From: Octopus sinensis
Lineage: Eukaryota
Direction: 5' to 3'
NCBI RefSeq assembly: GCF_006345805.1
Contig: NC_043000.1
Location: forward strand, 119,722,001-119,786,000
Length of the DNA stretch: 64,000 bases
Of the stretch, positions 38,718-51,082 are shown one piece after another (the first letter of the stretch is position 1; each line of letters opens with the position of its first letter). The translations under genes and the position numbers were made by a program. The notes beneath the pieces are model-generated. The model was given only the letters and a program-made list of their open reading frames with translations, was not told where the DNA came from and did not search any database.

Positions 38718-40847
38718 TATATATATATATATATCATACTTGGAAACAAGTGTGTGTTGGTGACAAGGTCATCTGGCCCTAGAAAATTTGCATCAACAAA
38801 TTCTGTTCGACCTATACAAGCATAGAAAAGTGGATGTTAAATGATGATGATACACCCCCACCACACACAAGTTGCTAATGGCAACAAATGGAAGAAACGG
38901 TACTCAATATCAGGTGTGATGCCTATGAAAATGTTGATTTAAAAATAGATGTAATCAGGTTAAAAAATAAACTACAAAAACACAAAAAAAAACTCACTAA
39001 ACACACACATATAGACACACACATACACACACACATATAGACACACACACACACACACACGTGTGTGCACAAATACTCTCAGGATATAGTTTTAACCAAT
39101 TCCAAACTTAATACGCCTGGTATTGAGATTGCGAGATTTCAAATGATTATTCATATGCTGAAGATCAGCTTGATCAAAGATGATACTACTACTACTACTA
39201 CTGCTACTGCTGCTGCTGCAACTTGGCAGTAATATCATTTTTACAACTCCTCGTCCTTCTCCTCCAATCTTTACCTATACACAAGAAAAAAGATTGCATT
39301 TTACAGCAACCTCCAGTAAAATGCTACACTCTTTCTCTCACACTCACTCACTCTGTGTGTGTGTGTGTGTGTGTGTGTTCACACATATATACTTATACAT
39401 ACATAAATACATATATATATTTATGTGGGTATATATTTAGATATACATATATGTAAACATGTGTATGTGCATGTGTGTATGTATTTATATGTAGATAAAT
39501 GTATGAGCATATGCATATATAAGCACACACACACATTTATATATATATATACAGATACATACATCCACCCATACATACATACATACATGCATAAATATAT
39601 ACATACATAAATATATGCACACATACATATATACATAAATAGGTAATTATGTATGTATGTGCATGTATGTGTGTGTGTATATATATATATGTGTATGTAT
39701 GTATCTACATACACACACACACACACCTATATACACACAGAAATACATATGCACATATGTATATATAAATAAATAGGTAATCATATATGTATGTACATAT
39801 ATATATATTCACACATACACACTCACACATACTCATATATATATATAATATATAAAGGGAGAGAGATACACATATAAACATATGCTTGTACATATACATG
39901 ATCTTTTAGCTTTACCTCTCTTTCTTGCTCTCTCTCTCTCTCACAATCTCTCCCTCTCTCTCACACAACCTCCTCTTCATTTATCTCCCATATCATAATG
40001 TTAATGCGTAACCTATAACATGTAGCTTCTGTCTTTTTAAATACATTTTCCTTTACACATTCATTTATGTAGCAACCTCCAGCTAAGTGCTGTGCTCTTT
40101 TGCTTCATATTGTCTGCTTCACTGTCTTCTAGGTTTGTCTCCTTGTCTGTCTGTCTGTCTGTCTGTCCCCTGCCTCCCTGCCTCACATTTCGCATCCATT
40201 TTACCAAGCTTGCAGTGCTGGGATGACGACGAAGCACTGGTTTGTGCTGCAGGACTTTTTTGTCTTTTACTTGTTGCAGTCGTTGGACAGTGGCCATGCT
40301 GGTGCACCCCACCTTGTTTTAAGACTGGTACTTACTGTATCTGTCCCTTTGCTGAATGCCGAGTTAGCTGACATAAACAGACCAACATCGGTTGTCAAGT
40401 AGTGGTGAGAAGCAAACACAGACTTAGACACCCATGCACACTTGCACACACGTAGGTACACACACACACTGAATGTTGATTTAGTGGACATAAACAAACC
40501 AGCATCTGTTCTCAAGTAGTGGTGAAAAACAAACACACACAGACACCCATGCACACTTGCACACACGTAGGTGCACACACATGCACACATATATGCACAC
40601 ACACACACACACATGCATGCACACATGGAGGATGCAGTGAAACTGGCAGAGAACTGGTGGACATGGTCAGTGCTATGCACAATGATGTCTCTGGGATCAT
40701 TAACATGGAATGACCCCAGCCCTGTCTAGCAAGTGATGAAGCAAGAAGCAAAAAATATATATGTATATATTCATGTTGAACTGTTAATCCCTACACATCT
40801 TTTTTTTCAAGTTTTTTTTTTGTTCTTATTCCATTTTTTCCCTCTCA

Positions 40848-40888
40848 GTCCTTTCTGTTTAAGAGCATAGGCTCGAAATGTCAAAGAC
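40848..40888 (+). ncRNA. Minimal hammerhead-like motif with variant core (copy 1), in a Penelope pLTR-like repeat at ~40780-40980
   Basis: cttt-CTGTTTA-a-GAGC atag GCTC-GAAA-T-GTC-aaag. Confidence 0.6.
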
Positions 40889-41170
40889 TATTCCATTCTT
40901 CCTGACTGTTAAACTATTACACCCGCTTGTTGTTCCTTCACTTGTCTTGGTCTTTTGTTTGCTGTAAATTTGAACTATATATTAACGCTTTTGTTCCTTT
41001 ACAAACTCGACAAGACAAAATCAAAATCAAAATTTCGATTTTTATTGTGTCTTGACGAGTTTGTAAATGAACAAAAGCATTAATAAAGGTTAATCCAAAA
41101 TTCTGACTGCTTCCTTTTTCTCAAAATATATTTATATAAACACACATCGTCATACACATATATATATATA

Positions 41171-41215
<45 letters not shown>

Positions 41216-41239
41216 AAAGCGGACGTTAAATGATGATGA

Positions 41240-41335
<96 letters not shown>

Positions 41336-41662
41336 TATATAATCTAACGAGAGTCCATGATATATACTTTTATTAAAGTTATCTATCTGTCTCTCTCTCT
41401 CTCTATCTATCTACATACATAAATACTTACATGCATACATGTATTGATAGAAATGGTAAGACAACAAAAGAATGAAAGAGACCTTGATATTATGTAAATA
41501 GAAGAATTTATCTATTAGGGGCATATATTCTGGCTGCAGCACACTCATTGAAAATGGCTAATTCATTATAAATATTAATCTTACTCATTAATTCAACCAC
41601 AAATCTTAATGGAATATTTTTGTTATATCCCTGTCTCTTTCATTCTTTTATTATAGTTACAG

Positions 41663-41694
<32 letters not shown>

Positions 41695-42590
41695 ACACAC
41701 ACACACACAAATATATAGTTTAAGTTTCTGTCACCTGCTTTCAAGTTACGTTCTGTTTACTTTATTCTTCATGGATGGATGAAAGGCTAACTTTGATTTA
41801 GCAAGAACTTGAAATCCATTCCTACAAAACCGATTTAAATTCTGACATGAAACTTGCTGGTTCAAGGCACCAGCTTCTGCTTGATTCCCTGACCCCTAAC
41901 CCTACCCTCACCAAGAAGGTCATCGATTTTATTTGCAAGAAATATTTCTTTGGAAGATCTCGTATGTTATTCATTTTGGCAAACTGACCTGACAAGAACT
42001 GCGTTACCCAAGGACAGCAGAGAGTGCCAGCAGTGGCATTTGAACCACTGACCTATGTGTTGGTAGTCAAATACCTGAGCCACCTAGTCGTTTCACCTCT
42101 TCAATATTTCTGAACTTGTTGCCAATAATACAGCAGAGACCAACAAATATGATTAGTTTATCATTCCACCTTTAATCTTCTTGGTTCTTTCATCCTCCTG
42201 TATTCTTTCTGGCTTTTGCACACGTCTGCGTTCTTTACTCTTTCTTTCATTCTTTCATTTCTTCTCAAGTAAACACATGTGTGTGCACACATGCAAGCTT
42301 CAGTATATATTTACGTGGGTTTTTGTATGCATGGCTGCACTAGGCATGCAAGCATATGTATGCTCTTGCATGTAATCATAGGTACATACATACTTACAGA
42401 TGAGTGTCTACATACATGCATACATACATACATACAATGTGTGAGGTATATATATAAATATAATATATATATATATATATATATATGAATGCTTTTTATG
42501 TATGTTTGTATGTGTGTATATATATATACATACACACATGAATGTCTTTTTATGCGTGTCTATGTATGTATGTTTACATACGTTTGTGTT

Positions 42591-42623
<33 letters not shown>

Positions 42624-43652
42624 GTATGCATATAGATGTATATATAAGTATGCATATAGATGTGTATGTATGTATATATGTGTTTGTATGTATATATATA
42701 TGCATATGCATGGAAAGTGGATGTTAAACGATGATGATGTGTATGTACGTGCATATGTATATATATATATATATGCATATACATGTGTATGTATGCGTAT
42801 ATGTATATATATATATATATTTGTGTATATGTGTGTGTATGTCTGTATATCTGTAAGTATATATGTATGTGTGTATGTCTGTGTATATGTATATATATAT
42901 TCATGTATGTATGTATGTATATAAGTATGTGCATATATATCCAAGCATACAGCATAAAGAGAAATTTTTCAAGAAGTTACCGGTTGGCAAGTGACTTGCT
43001 GGAATTGTGGACTCTCCAAATGGAAGAATCTATTTTGAGAAATCGAATCAGGAGACAACTTTCAAGGGCCCTGGCATTTGCCCATTTTTGACAAGCTGTT
43101 GTAAAATTTGGCTTCTTTTACTGTTATATTCTATCATTTACCATGAATACGTAATTTTAGATTTTTCACTCGGGGTTTCAGTTGAACTTGATGGCGGCGG
43201 CGGAGACAGTGGTGGCGGTGTTGGTGGAGGCGGGTGGATGGATACCTCAATGTCTACTTCTATGCTTTTTACCTTTCTTTTTCCTCCTCCTTGTCTCTCT
43301 TCGCCAATTTTCATTGTCTTCCATCTTCGGTTGTTGCAATTTGATTCGATTTTCAATGAGGGAGTTGTTTACATAACAATATGTATATCTACGCATTCGC
43401 TTATCATTTGTTTCCTTGTCAATTTATTATTATCAATATCATCATCATCATCATCAGTATTGTTGTTGTTGTTGTCATTGTTTATTTTTTTTTTGTTATG
43501 TATAAATTTCGGTAAATATTTGTGCAATTTTCTGCAGTGATGCTATGAATTTAGATGAATTTTGTAAATTTCAGCATTTGCATGAATTGTGCTGTTAAAT
43601 TGCAAAGTATTTTTCAGGTTAAAAGCTCCCTATTTTTTTTATCATGATGATG

Positions 43653-43686
<34 letters not shown>

Positions 43687-44084
43687 TTTCATTTATTTGC
43701 AACCAGAGTGAAGGATGAGGGAGACAACAACAATAATAATAATAATAATGATTTCACTTATTTGCCACCAGGGTGAAAGATGAGGGAGATAATAATAATA
43801 ATAATAACGTAGTAATAATAACGTAGTAATAATGACGTTAAAAATAACAACAACAGTAATAAAATGATGCAGCTTTGAATTTAGAAAGCTACCTGTTGTT
43901 CTTAAAGGTTGGAAACCGAGAGACATGGTGACCTTTGCATTAAGGACTGAACCCCTTGTCTAAATGCATCGATGCTTCACCACCTCAGGCCTCAATCATC
44001 TGAAGCATCACACCTCTGTGAGTTAGAGCGGGATGTGTGTGTGTGTTTTTTTTTTTATAATCAGTGCTTAGCAAGAGTGGCATG

Positions 44085-44650
44085 AACACCACAAGCACCA
44101 CCACCACTGCCACCTTCAGCAGCACTAACACCACCACCACCATCATCACCACCACTACCACTACTGCTAACACCACCACTACCCACACCACTACTTCTAC
44201 CTTTACCAGCACTAACACCACCACCACCATCATCGTCATCAGCATCAGCGCAACCACTACCACCGCCCACCAGTACCTCTATATCTACCAGCACTAACAC
44301 CACAACCATCATCATCATTGCCGCTGCCGCCGCCACCACCACCACCATCAGCAGCACTAACACCACCATCATCATATTCATCACCACCACTACCACCACC
44401 ACTACCACCAGCACTAACACCACCACCACCACCACCACCACCATCATTGTCCTCAGCACCACCACCATCACCACCACTACCTCTACATTTACCGGCACTA
44501 ACACCACCATCATCATCATCATCATTGCCACCACCGCCACCAGCATCATCACCACTACCTCTACCTTCACTAGCACTAACACCACCACCACCATCACCAC
44601 CAATGTCGTCTCTACCTCTAGCAACAGCAGCACCACCACCCTCACCACGT
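44085..44650. repeat. (CAC/CAT)n-based minisatellite with a recurring agcactaacaccaccacc unit
   Basis: Direct reading; explains the poly-V, poly-T and poly-P ORFs. Confidence 0.9.
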
Positions 44651-44989
44651 CTGCCTCCTGCAGTTGAAACAGCGGTAGCATACCACCACCACTTGTTACA
44701 CCCTAACCACTAGGCTACGTATGTGCATGTGCTTGTTCCCCACCGCCACTGTTGCTTGACAACTGGTGTTGTTTTGCATATGTCCCTGTAACTTAGCAGT
44801 TTGGTGAATGAAACCAATTTAGAATAAATACCTGACTTAAAAATAAGATAATACATATGGTGTAGTGGTTAAGAGTGCGGGCTACTAACCCCAAGATTCC
44901 GAGTTCGATTCCAGGCATTCACCTGAATAATAATAATAACAATAACAACAACAATAATAATAATAATAAGGATAATGATAATAATAACA

Positions 44990-45250
44990 AACAGAAACAA
45001 TTCCTATCATAGTAGGTGCATTAGGCTTGATAAAAAAATACTCAGACAAATACATAACAAAAACACCAGGACTTACAAACACATATAACATACAGAAAAT
45101 TGCACTACTAGGCACTGCACACATCCTACGCAGAACACTTTCCATACAATAACCATCAGAGCATCACAACAAATCATAGCACATACCCAAGGCACACAGA
45201 GCTGCGCTCGGTAGTGAAGTGAAAGCACGCTATAAAAATAAAACTACTGA
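44990..45250 (+). mobile_element. R4/Dong LINE 3' fragment nested in the (AAT)n linker
   Basis: ETIPIIVGALGLIKKYSDKYITKTPGLTNTYNIQKIALLGTAHILRRTLSIQ*, with TAA tracts on both sides. Confidence 0.85.
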
Positions 45251-45324
45251 ATAATAATAATAATAATAACAACAACATCACAAAATACCTTAGGAATGAG
45301 AACCCAGGTTCAAGATTTCCCCGA

Positions 45325-45367
45325 GACACCTGAAGAAGGCCGGAGGATGTATCAGCTGAAACGTGTT
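45325..45367 (+). ncRNA. Minimal type I hammerhead ribozyme with the cleavage triplet deleted
   Basis: gacac-CTGAAGA-a-GGCCGG...TCAGCT-GAAAC-[GTT missing]-gtgtt. The sister copy at 35660-35681 supplies GTT. Confidence 0.65.
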
Positions 45368-45658
45368 AACAACAAACAAGATGAGGACAAATATCCGTCA
45401 AATGTAAATAATGTTAAAAATAAGAACTGGGGTTGATTTGTTTGACTGAAACCCTTCCAAGGGGTGCCCCAGCATGGACATAGCCCAATGATTAAAACAA
45501 GTACAAGATAACAGATCAGTCTGTGAGGAGATGGTTTGGCTAACATCTGAAGGATGTTACCCTGGTTCCATTAGTGTTTTTTGTTAGCACCATCTCAGTG
45601 GGTCCAACACATTTATATCCCTGTTGAAGTCCTCAATGCAAAGATGCAGAGCCTAGAA

Positions 45659-45799
45659 CAAGGTTTCCCAAAGCAGGAAGTGGAAAGATCCAGTGGTACT
45701 TGAACAGGCATATTGTATTTTATAAATATGTGTATTTTATAAATATGCCTGGTCAAGTATCATAATAGCATAGTAGCTCTTTCAGTTGTGTATGTCAAT

Positions 45800-45857
<58 letters not shown>

Positions 45858-46379
45858 CATAGCCAGGTGGATTTGTTATTTTTTCTCTTTACCTGCATGA
45901 GTTGAGAGTATTACTGTCTGGGAGATATCTTATGCTAGTGAAATAGTATTTTAATTGCTATTTCTAAATTTTGGTATGTGGTGAAGCTATTTTTGCTGAA
46001 CCCTAATTATAACTATGCTTATAATTATAGAATTTTTGTGTGTGTATATATATATATTATCATCATCATTCAACGTCTGATGTCCATGCTGGCATGGGTT
46101 GGATGGTTTGACCAGGGCTGGTAAGCTGAGGGGCACCACTAGAGTCCAGTCCTTCCTAAGAAAAGTAGGTGCAATAATGGTGTGGTCAAAAGGGGGAGAT
46201 CAATGTCAAAACATCAAAATAATGGGTCAATTAGGTTAAGTTTTATTTGTGAAATGCAGTTGCTTTGAATTTGCTGCAGAAAGTAGTCTATGTTTGTGGT
46301 AGTGAGTTGGTGCAGAGGTACTAGAAATATGGCCCTGGTGCCAAGGGGGCGGCAGCCCACAAAAGTTTTGGAACCACTG
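45659..46379. mobile_element. hAT MITE expanded by nested insertions
   Basis: Perfect 8-bp target duplication gcctagaa at 45651-45658 and 46380-46387; termini caaggtttcccaaa / ttttggaaccactg. Confidence 0.8.
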
Positions 46380-46856
46380 GCCTAGAAGTTAGTGTTGTAC
46401 TCTGGATTGCAAGACTGTGGTTTCAATTCCCAGACTGGGCAGTTCTTGAGAAAAATACTTCATTTCACATTGCTCCAGTCCACTAAGCTGTAAATGGTTA
46501 ACCCAATGACAGATTGACATCTTGGTTCAGGGCAAATTTTGTGATCTTGGTCACTTTATACACCATAGAAGCCAGGTAACCAGCCGTATGAATCCTTGGG
46601 CTTAAGAGGTAACACTTACTTACATACTTGTAGTCATTGATAATAGTTTCTCATGGTAGTCTTGATACTGATTTAGTGTACTCAACACATATTTATATCA
46701 GTTAGTTGCATCAGTGAGGTTTTCTCTCAACATTCTGCCTCGATAGCTTCAACACATATTTGAGAATTTCAACTATGGTTTTTGTACTTTTTGATTTTAT
46801 CTTGATGCAAGACGGATGATGTTTTTTTGATGCCTTTCCTCTTTGGTCTTTTTCAG

Positions 46857-46953
46857 AAACATACCCTGATACTGAACAGGGTGCTCTGGTGCAGTCTTTT
46901 GGTGCTATATGCAAGGAGGTCTTTAGAAATCAAATTCTTGACACAAATACAAG
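46857..46953 (+). CDS. PNPT1: PNPT1 next internal exon, 97 nt, phase 1 to 2
   Basis: Polypyrimidine tract ctttcctctttggtctttttcag| and donor AAG|gtaaag. Translates (E)TYPDTEQGALVQSFGAICKEVFRNQILDTNT(R), matching recalled human [33 protein letters not shown], which precedes the CDGR motif of RNase PH domain 2. Confidence 0.9.
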
Positions 46954-47624
46954 GTAAAGAAAAGAATTCCATTTTACTTTTTAACCTTGATGTTGTTAGA
47001 TATACCATCTATAAGTAATACATTTGTATTGCAATATTTGATTTTTTTAATTGAAAACTTTTTCACTGTTCTTGGTTCTGTTAATGGCTAGGCTTTCAGT
47101 CAAGTATACTGGCACTGATGTAGCAACATTTGAAATATTGTCAAGGTAAACCTAACTGAAGAAGACTAATCAAATTTATGATAACAAACGTATTTGAAGA
47201 GTCTCAAACCTTGGTACTAGATTATCCAATTCTGGCTTATCCATTTATCTAATCTTTTTCCTAGAGGTAAGAGCAAATTTTTTATGTTCGCTGCCCGCAC
47301 ACATCTTTGCCAGAATATATACAGTGAAGCTTTACTATAGCGTCGTAAAATTGTCGACTGCTATTTCCAGTAAAAATTGGTGCCTTGTTGTACCACTATT
47401 CTATATTTACATATATTTATATATATATAATTTTATTAATAAATAATTTAGATAAACTGATATAAGTTGATTAGTATGTTCACCTCCGTTGGATCTACTT
47501 CAGGAACTTCACCATGGTAATGGGTTAATATTATGTAGTCCGATTTACAGAAAACATAAGATGAAGACAGGTGTAGAAACAACAAGCAGGTGTATTGGTT
47601 TAATGCTTGGGAAGAATGGAAAAT

Positions 47625-47660
47625 CTTTGATGTTTCGGGCCTATGCTCTTTGGCAGAGAG
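47625..47660 (-). ncRNA. Minimal hammerhead-like motif with variant core (copy 2, decayed), in a pLTR-like repeat at ~47545-47820
   Basis: Minus strand ctct-CTGCCAA-a-GAGC atag GCCC-GAAAC-ATC-aaag. Downstream sequence matches 40890-40975. Confidence 0.55.
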
Positions 47661-48104
47661 GATAACTGAAAGAGGTACTAATAGTTTCATGCTATTATGG
47701 TACTTGAACAGGCATATTGTGAAATATATACACAGCGTATTTTATAAATATGCCTGTTCAAGTATCATAATAGCATGAAACTGTTAGTAGCTCTTTCAGT
47801 TGTGTATTTCAATTGATATATATATATATCATCATCATCGTTATCTATGCTGGCATGGATTGGCACGGTTTGACCAGGGCTGGTAAACTGAGGGGTAGCA
47901 CAGTTTCTACAGCTGGATGCCCTTCCTAACACCAACCGCTCTGAGAGTGTAGTGGGTGCTCTTACGTGCCACCGGCATGACACCAGTATCTGTCATGACT
48001 ATGATTTCACTGGGTTTGATGGGTCTTCTCTAGCAAGAGCACATTACCAAAGGTCTCAGCACTTGCAAGGTGCTTTACACGACACAGGCATCAGTCACAT
48101 ATAC

Positions 48105-48600
48105 TGATGGGATGAGGTGGTGAAGCGCAACCTTCAAATGTTGGGCCTCATGGAGGCAATGGCGAGTGACCAAGACCTTTGGAGATATGCTGTGCTTGAG
48201 AAGACCCAGCGGGTGAAGTGAGACCATAACAATAGCCTATGCCAGTGCTGCCTGACTGGCTCCTGTGCTGGTGGCACGTAAAAAGCACCATTTAAGCGTG
48301 GTCATTGCCAGTACCACCTAACTGGCACTGATGCCAGTGGCACATAAAAAGCACCATTCGAGCATGATCGTTGTCAGTGCTGTCTGACTGGCCCTTGTGC
48401 CAGTGACATATAAAAAGCACCCACTACACTCTTAGGGTGGTTGGCGTTAGGAAGGGCATCCAGCTGTAGACACCTTGCCAGATCAGATTAGAGCCTGGCA
48501 CTGCCTTCTTACTTGCCAGTCCTCAGTCAAACCATCCAACCCATGCCAGCATGGAAAGCAGACATTAAACGATGACAACAACGATGACGATGATGATGAT
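48105..48600 (+). mobile_element. RTE LINE 3' end: ORF C-terminus, ~66-bp repeats and (GAT)n tail; head-to-head with an inverted copy at ~47830-48065
   Basis: WDEVVKRNLQMLGLMEAMASDQDLWRYAVLEKTQRVK*, followed by the repeat units and tail. Confidence 0.8.
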
Positions 48601-49060
48601 ATATACATCCAAATTGAGGATATATATACCTTGTTTTGTGTGTTCTACTTCCATGTAATTTAGTGTCACTCCATGGTACCTTGAGTTTGTGTCCAGGTAA
48701 ACCAATGCTTTGTGAGTGAATTCGTTGGACCAGTACTATATAAAAGCCCATCGTGTGTCTATGAGCATGTGTGTGTGAACGAGGGAATATCTCCCTCCAT
48801 TTCACAAATGATATTGGTTTGTTTACATTCCTGTAACTTAGCTGTTCAGCAAAAAGGGGGTCAATACGGCGAAAACCGGACTTAAATGCTTGTGGTGGGT
48901 GGACACAGCAAAAGCAAGCAAAGGAGAGATGAAGTAATAGGACGGGAATGCTAGAGTGGTGGTGGCCAGAAGTCTGCCAGATTTTGTTTCTGAATTGGAT
49001 CACCATCAAGGAATCAGGCTTGTTGTTGTACTGCTGCTGCTGCTACCACTACTACTGCTA

Positions 49061-49098
<38 letters not shown>

Positions 49099-49340
49099 AT
49101 TACTACCGCCTCCACCACCGCTGCCGCCACTACTACCACCACCACTGCCACCATCGCTGCTGCTGCTATTACTGTACTTAGACTTTGAACGATAAATGAT
49201 AAAAGTTCTCCATATCCAATAAATGCATGTCTGCTTTAGATGCCATTGAAATTCATTGGTTGGCCAATGTTATGATCTAATTCTTGCATGCTCTTATAAA
49301 TATAGAAATATGCGTCTGTACATACATGTTTGTGCGTGAG

Positions 49341-49376
<36 letters not shown>

Positions 49377-49412
49377 AATATATATGTGTGTGTGTGAATA
49401 TATATATATGTA

Positions 49413-49459
<47 letters not shown>

Positions 49460-49580
49460 GTGAATATATATATATGTATGTGCATATATATATATATATA
49501 TTTTCGCTTACGTGTAAATATGAATATGTATATGTAAAACTGTATCAAAATGTGTGTATATATATGTGTCTGTGTGTTTG

Positions 49581-49613
<33 letters not shown>

Positions 49614-51082
49614 GCATGCATATACGTGCATGTAAAAGTTATTGAAATGAAACTATGTTGCATTGGCACAATCTCAGCATGTGAAGGTGCCTTTAGCTTT
49701 CTTTGACAGCCCTATTAATTTGGGTAAGTTTTTGGCAAGCAGAACAATGTCAGCCTACCATTTCTCTGTAATAATCCGTTATGTGCCGGAAAATATATCT
49801 CGTGCTTTCTTTTCCCCCTCACTCAATCACAATTGCACACAAGTGCATCTGCGCATACGTCTATACATCCTGGTGCATTTTACAGTAATAGATATACTTA
49901 CGCTTAGTCACTTGCCTACGTGCTCTTATATATATGTATGTATGTATGTATATCATTTGCATTTATGCACACTCACACATGTTGTTAGAGACGTTGCATA
50001 TAGATGTGTACTTATGCATGTACAAATATTCACCTGCATAATCACTCATGCCCATTCATATGTGCACTCTTACAAGCAGCCATCCATCACAATAGCGTTG
50101 CAGCAGACAGTTGCACGTACTTAGATATGCATGCGCATTCACACACACGCATTTATTTTATCTCATACTCATTCTTATCTTGCACACTCACACACACATA
50201 AACATATTTATATATACATAAATATCTTTATATATACATAGATAGATAGGCGGATAGATTGATGTACATATATACATACACTTAAATATATGCATATACA
50301 TATATGCATGTTTGCGCATTTACACATATACATACACCTGTTGTCATAACATTCTCCTATTTCTAATGCACATCTCTCGACTTCTGTTTATCTGTTGATA
50401 TCCAGCCAGATGTGTTTTATTGACATTCTTCAAAAGTTAAATACATTAGCATCTGCTATTTACCAAAACTTGGTGCTGCTTTGAATAGTTAACTGTTTTT
50501 GTTAATTTTTTTTTATTTCCAATATTCTTGTATAAACGTGAGGACAAATGATGAGATAGTTGGACCGAGTTTCCCTCTGTGTGGAATTGAAGTGGAGTTG
50601 ATGTGATTAAACTATACTTTAGATACTGTTGATGTAATTTTACTATTCCTATAGCAGTTTTTGGCTTAGAGTGAAGCTGTATTGTTTCTATGAAATTGTT
50701 CCAGTAGGAATTGCCATAAGAATCTGTCAAATATATCATGTTTTAGTAGAATATGAGGTTAGGTCAATGCGGTTGGCATGGACAGCAGACAGTGGATGTG
50801 TTGTATGTTTTATATCATCTAATTTAGCTGCCTAGGATTTCTGAGTTCATATCCAGCTCGTAGCTAACTCGGTCTCTCTCAGCTATTGAAGTTACATATA
50901 TTCTTTTCTGCTCTAGGTACAAGGCCCAAAATTTTTTGGGAGGGAACCAGTCAATTAGATTGACCCCCAGTACACAACTAGTACTTAATTTATCGAATCC
51001 ATAAGGAAGAAGAGCAAAGTCGACCTCAGCAGAATTTGAACTCAGAACGTAATGGCAAATGAAATACTGCTAAGCATTTTTC

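Larger units (their letters stand above)
44849..45413 (+). mobile_element. tRNA-headed SINE-like element with a hammerhead-ribozyme tail, inserted into a family A SINE
   Basis: 12-bp target duplication ttaaaaataaga at 44837-44848 and 45414-45425. A-box tggtgtagtggttaag, B-box gagttcgattcc, (AAT)n linker, hammerhead at 45325-45367. Confidence 0.75.

Noticed and set aside
39119-39274. Minus-strand acceptor ttttttcttgtgtatag followed by an open poly-Ser frame
   Set aside because: The frame runs through a (CTA/CTG)n microsatellite, with no good donor and no recognisable protein.
44061-44713. Mucin-like or extensin-like ORFs (poly-V, poly-T, poly-P)
   Set aside because: Trinucleotide minisatellite open in several frames on both strands, with no splice or domain support.
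44858-44913. Functional tRNA gene
   Set aside because: A and B boxes are present but there is no convincing acceptor stem or T-run terminator; treated as a SINE head. The same applies to the other SINE heads.
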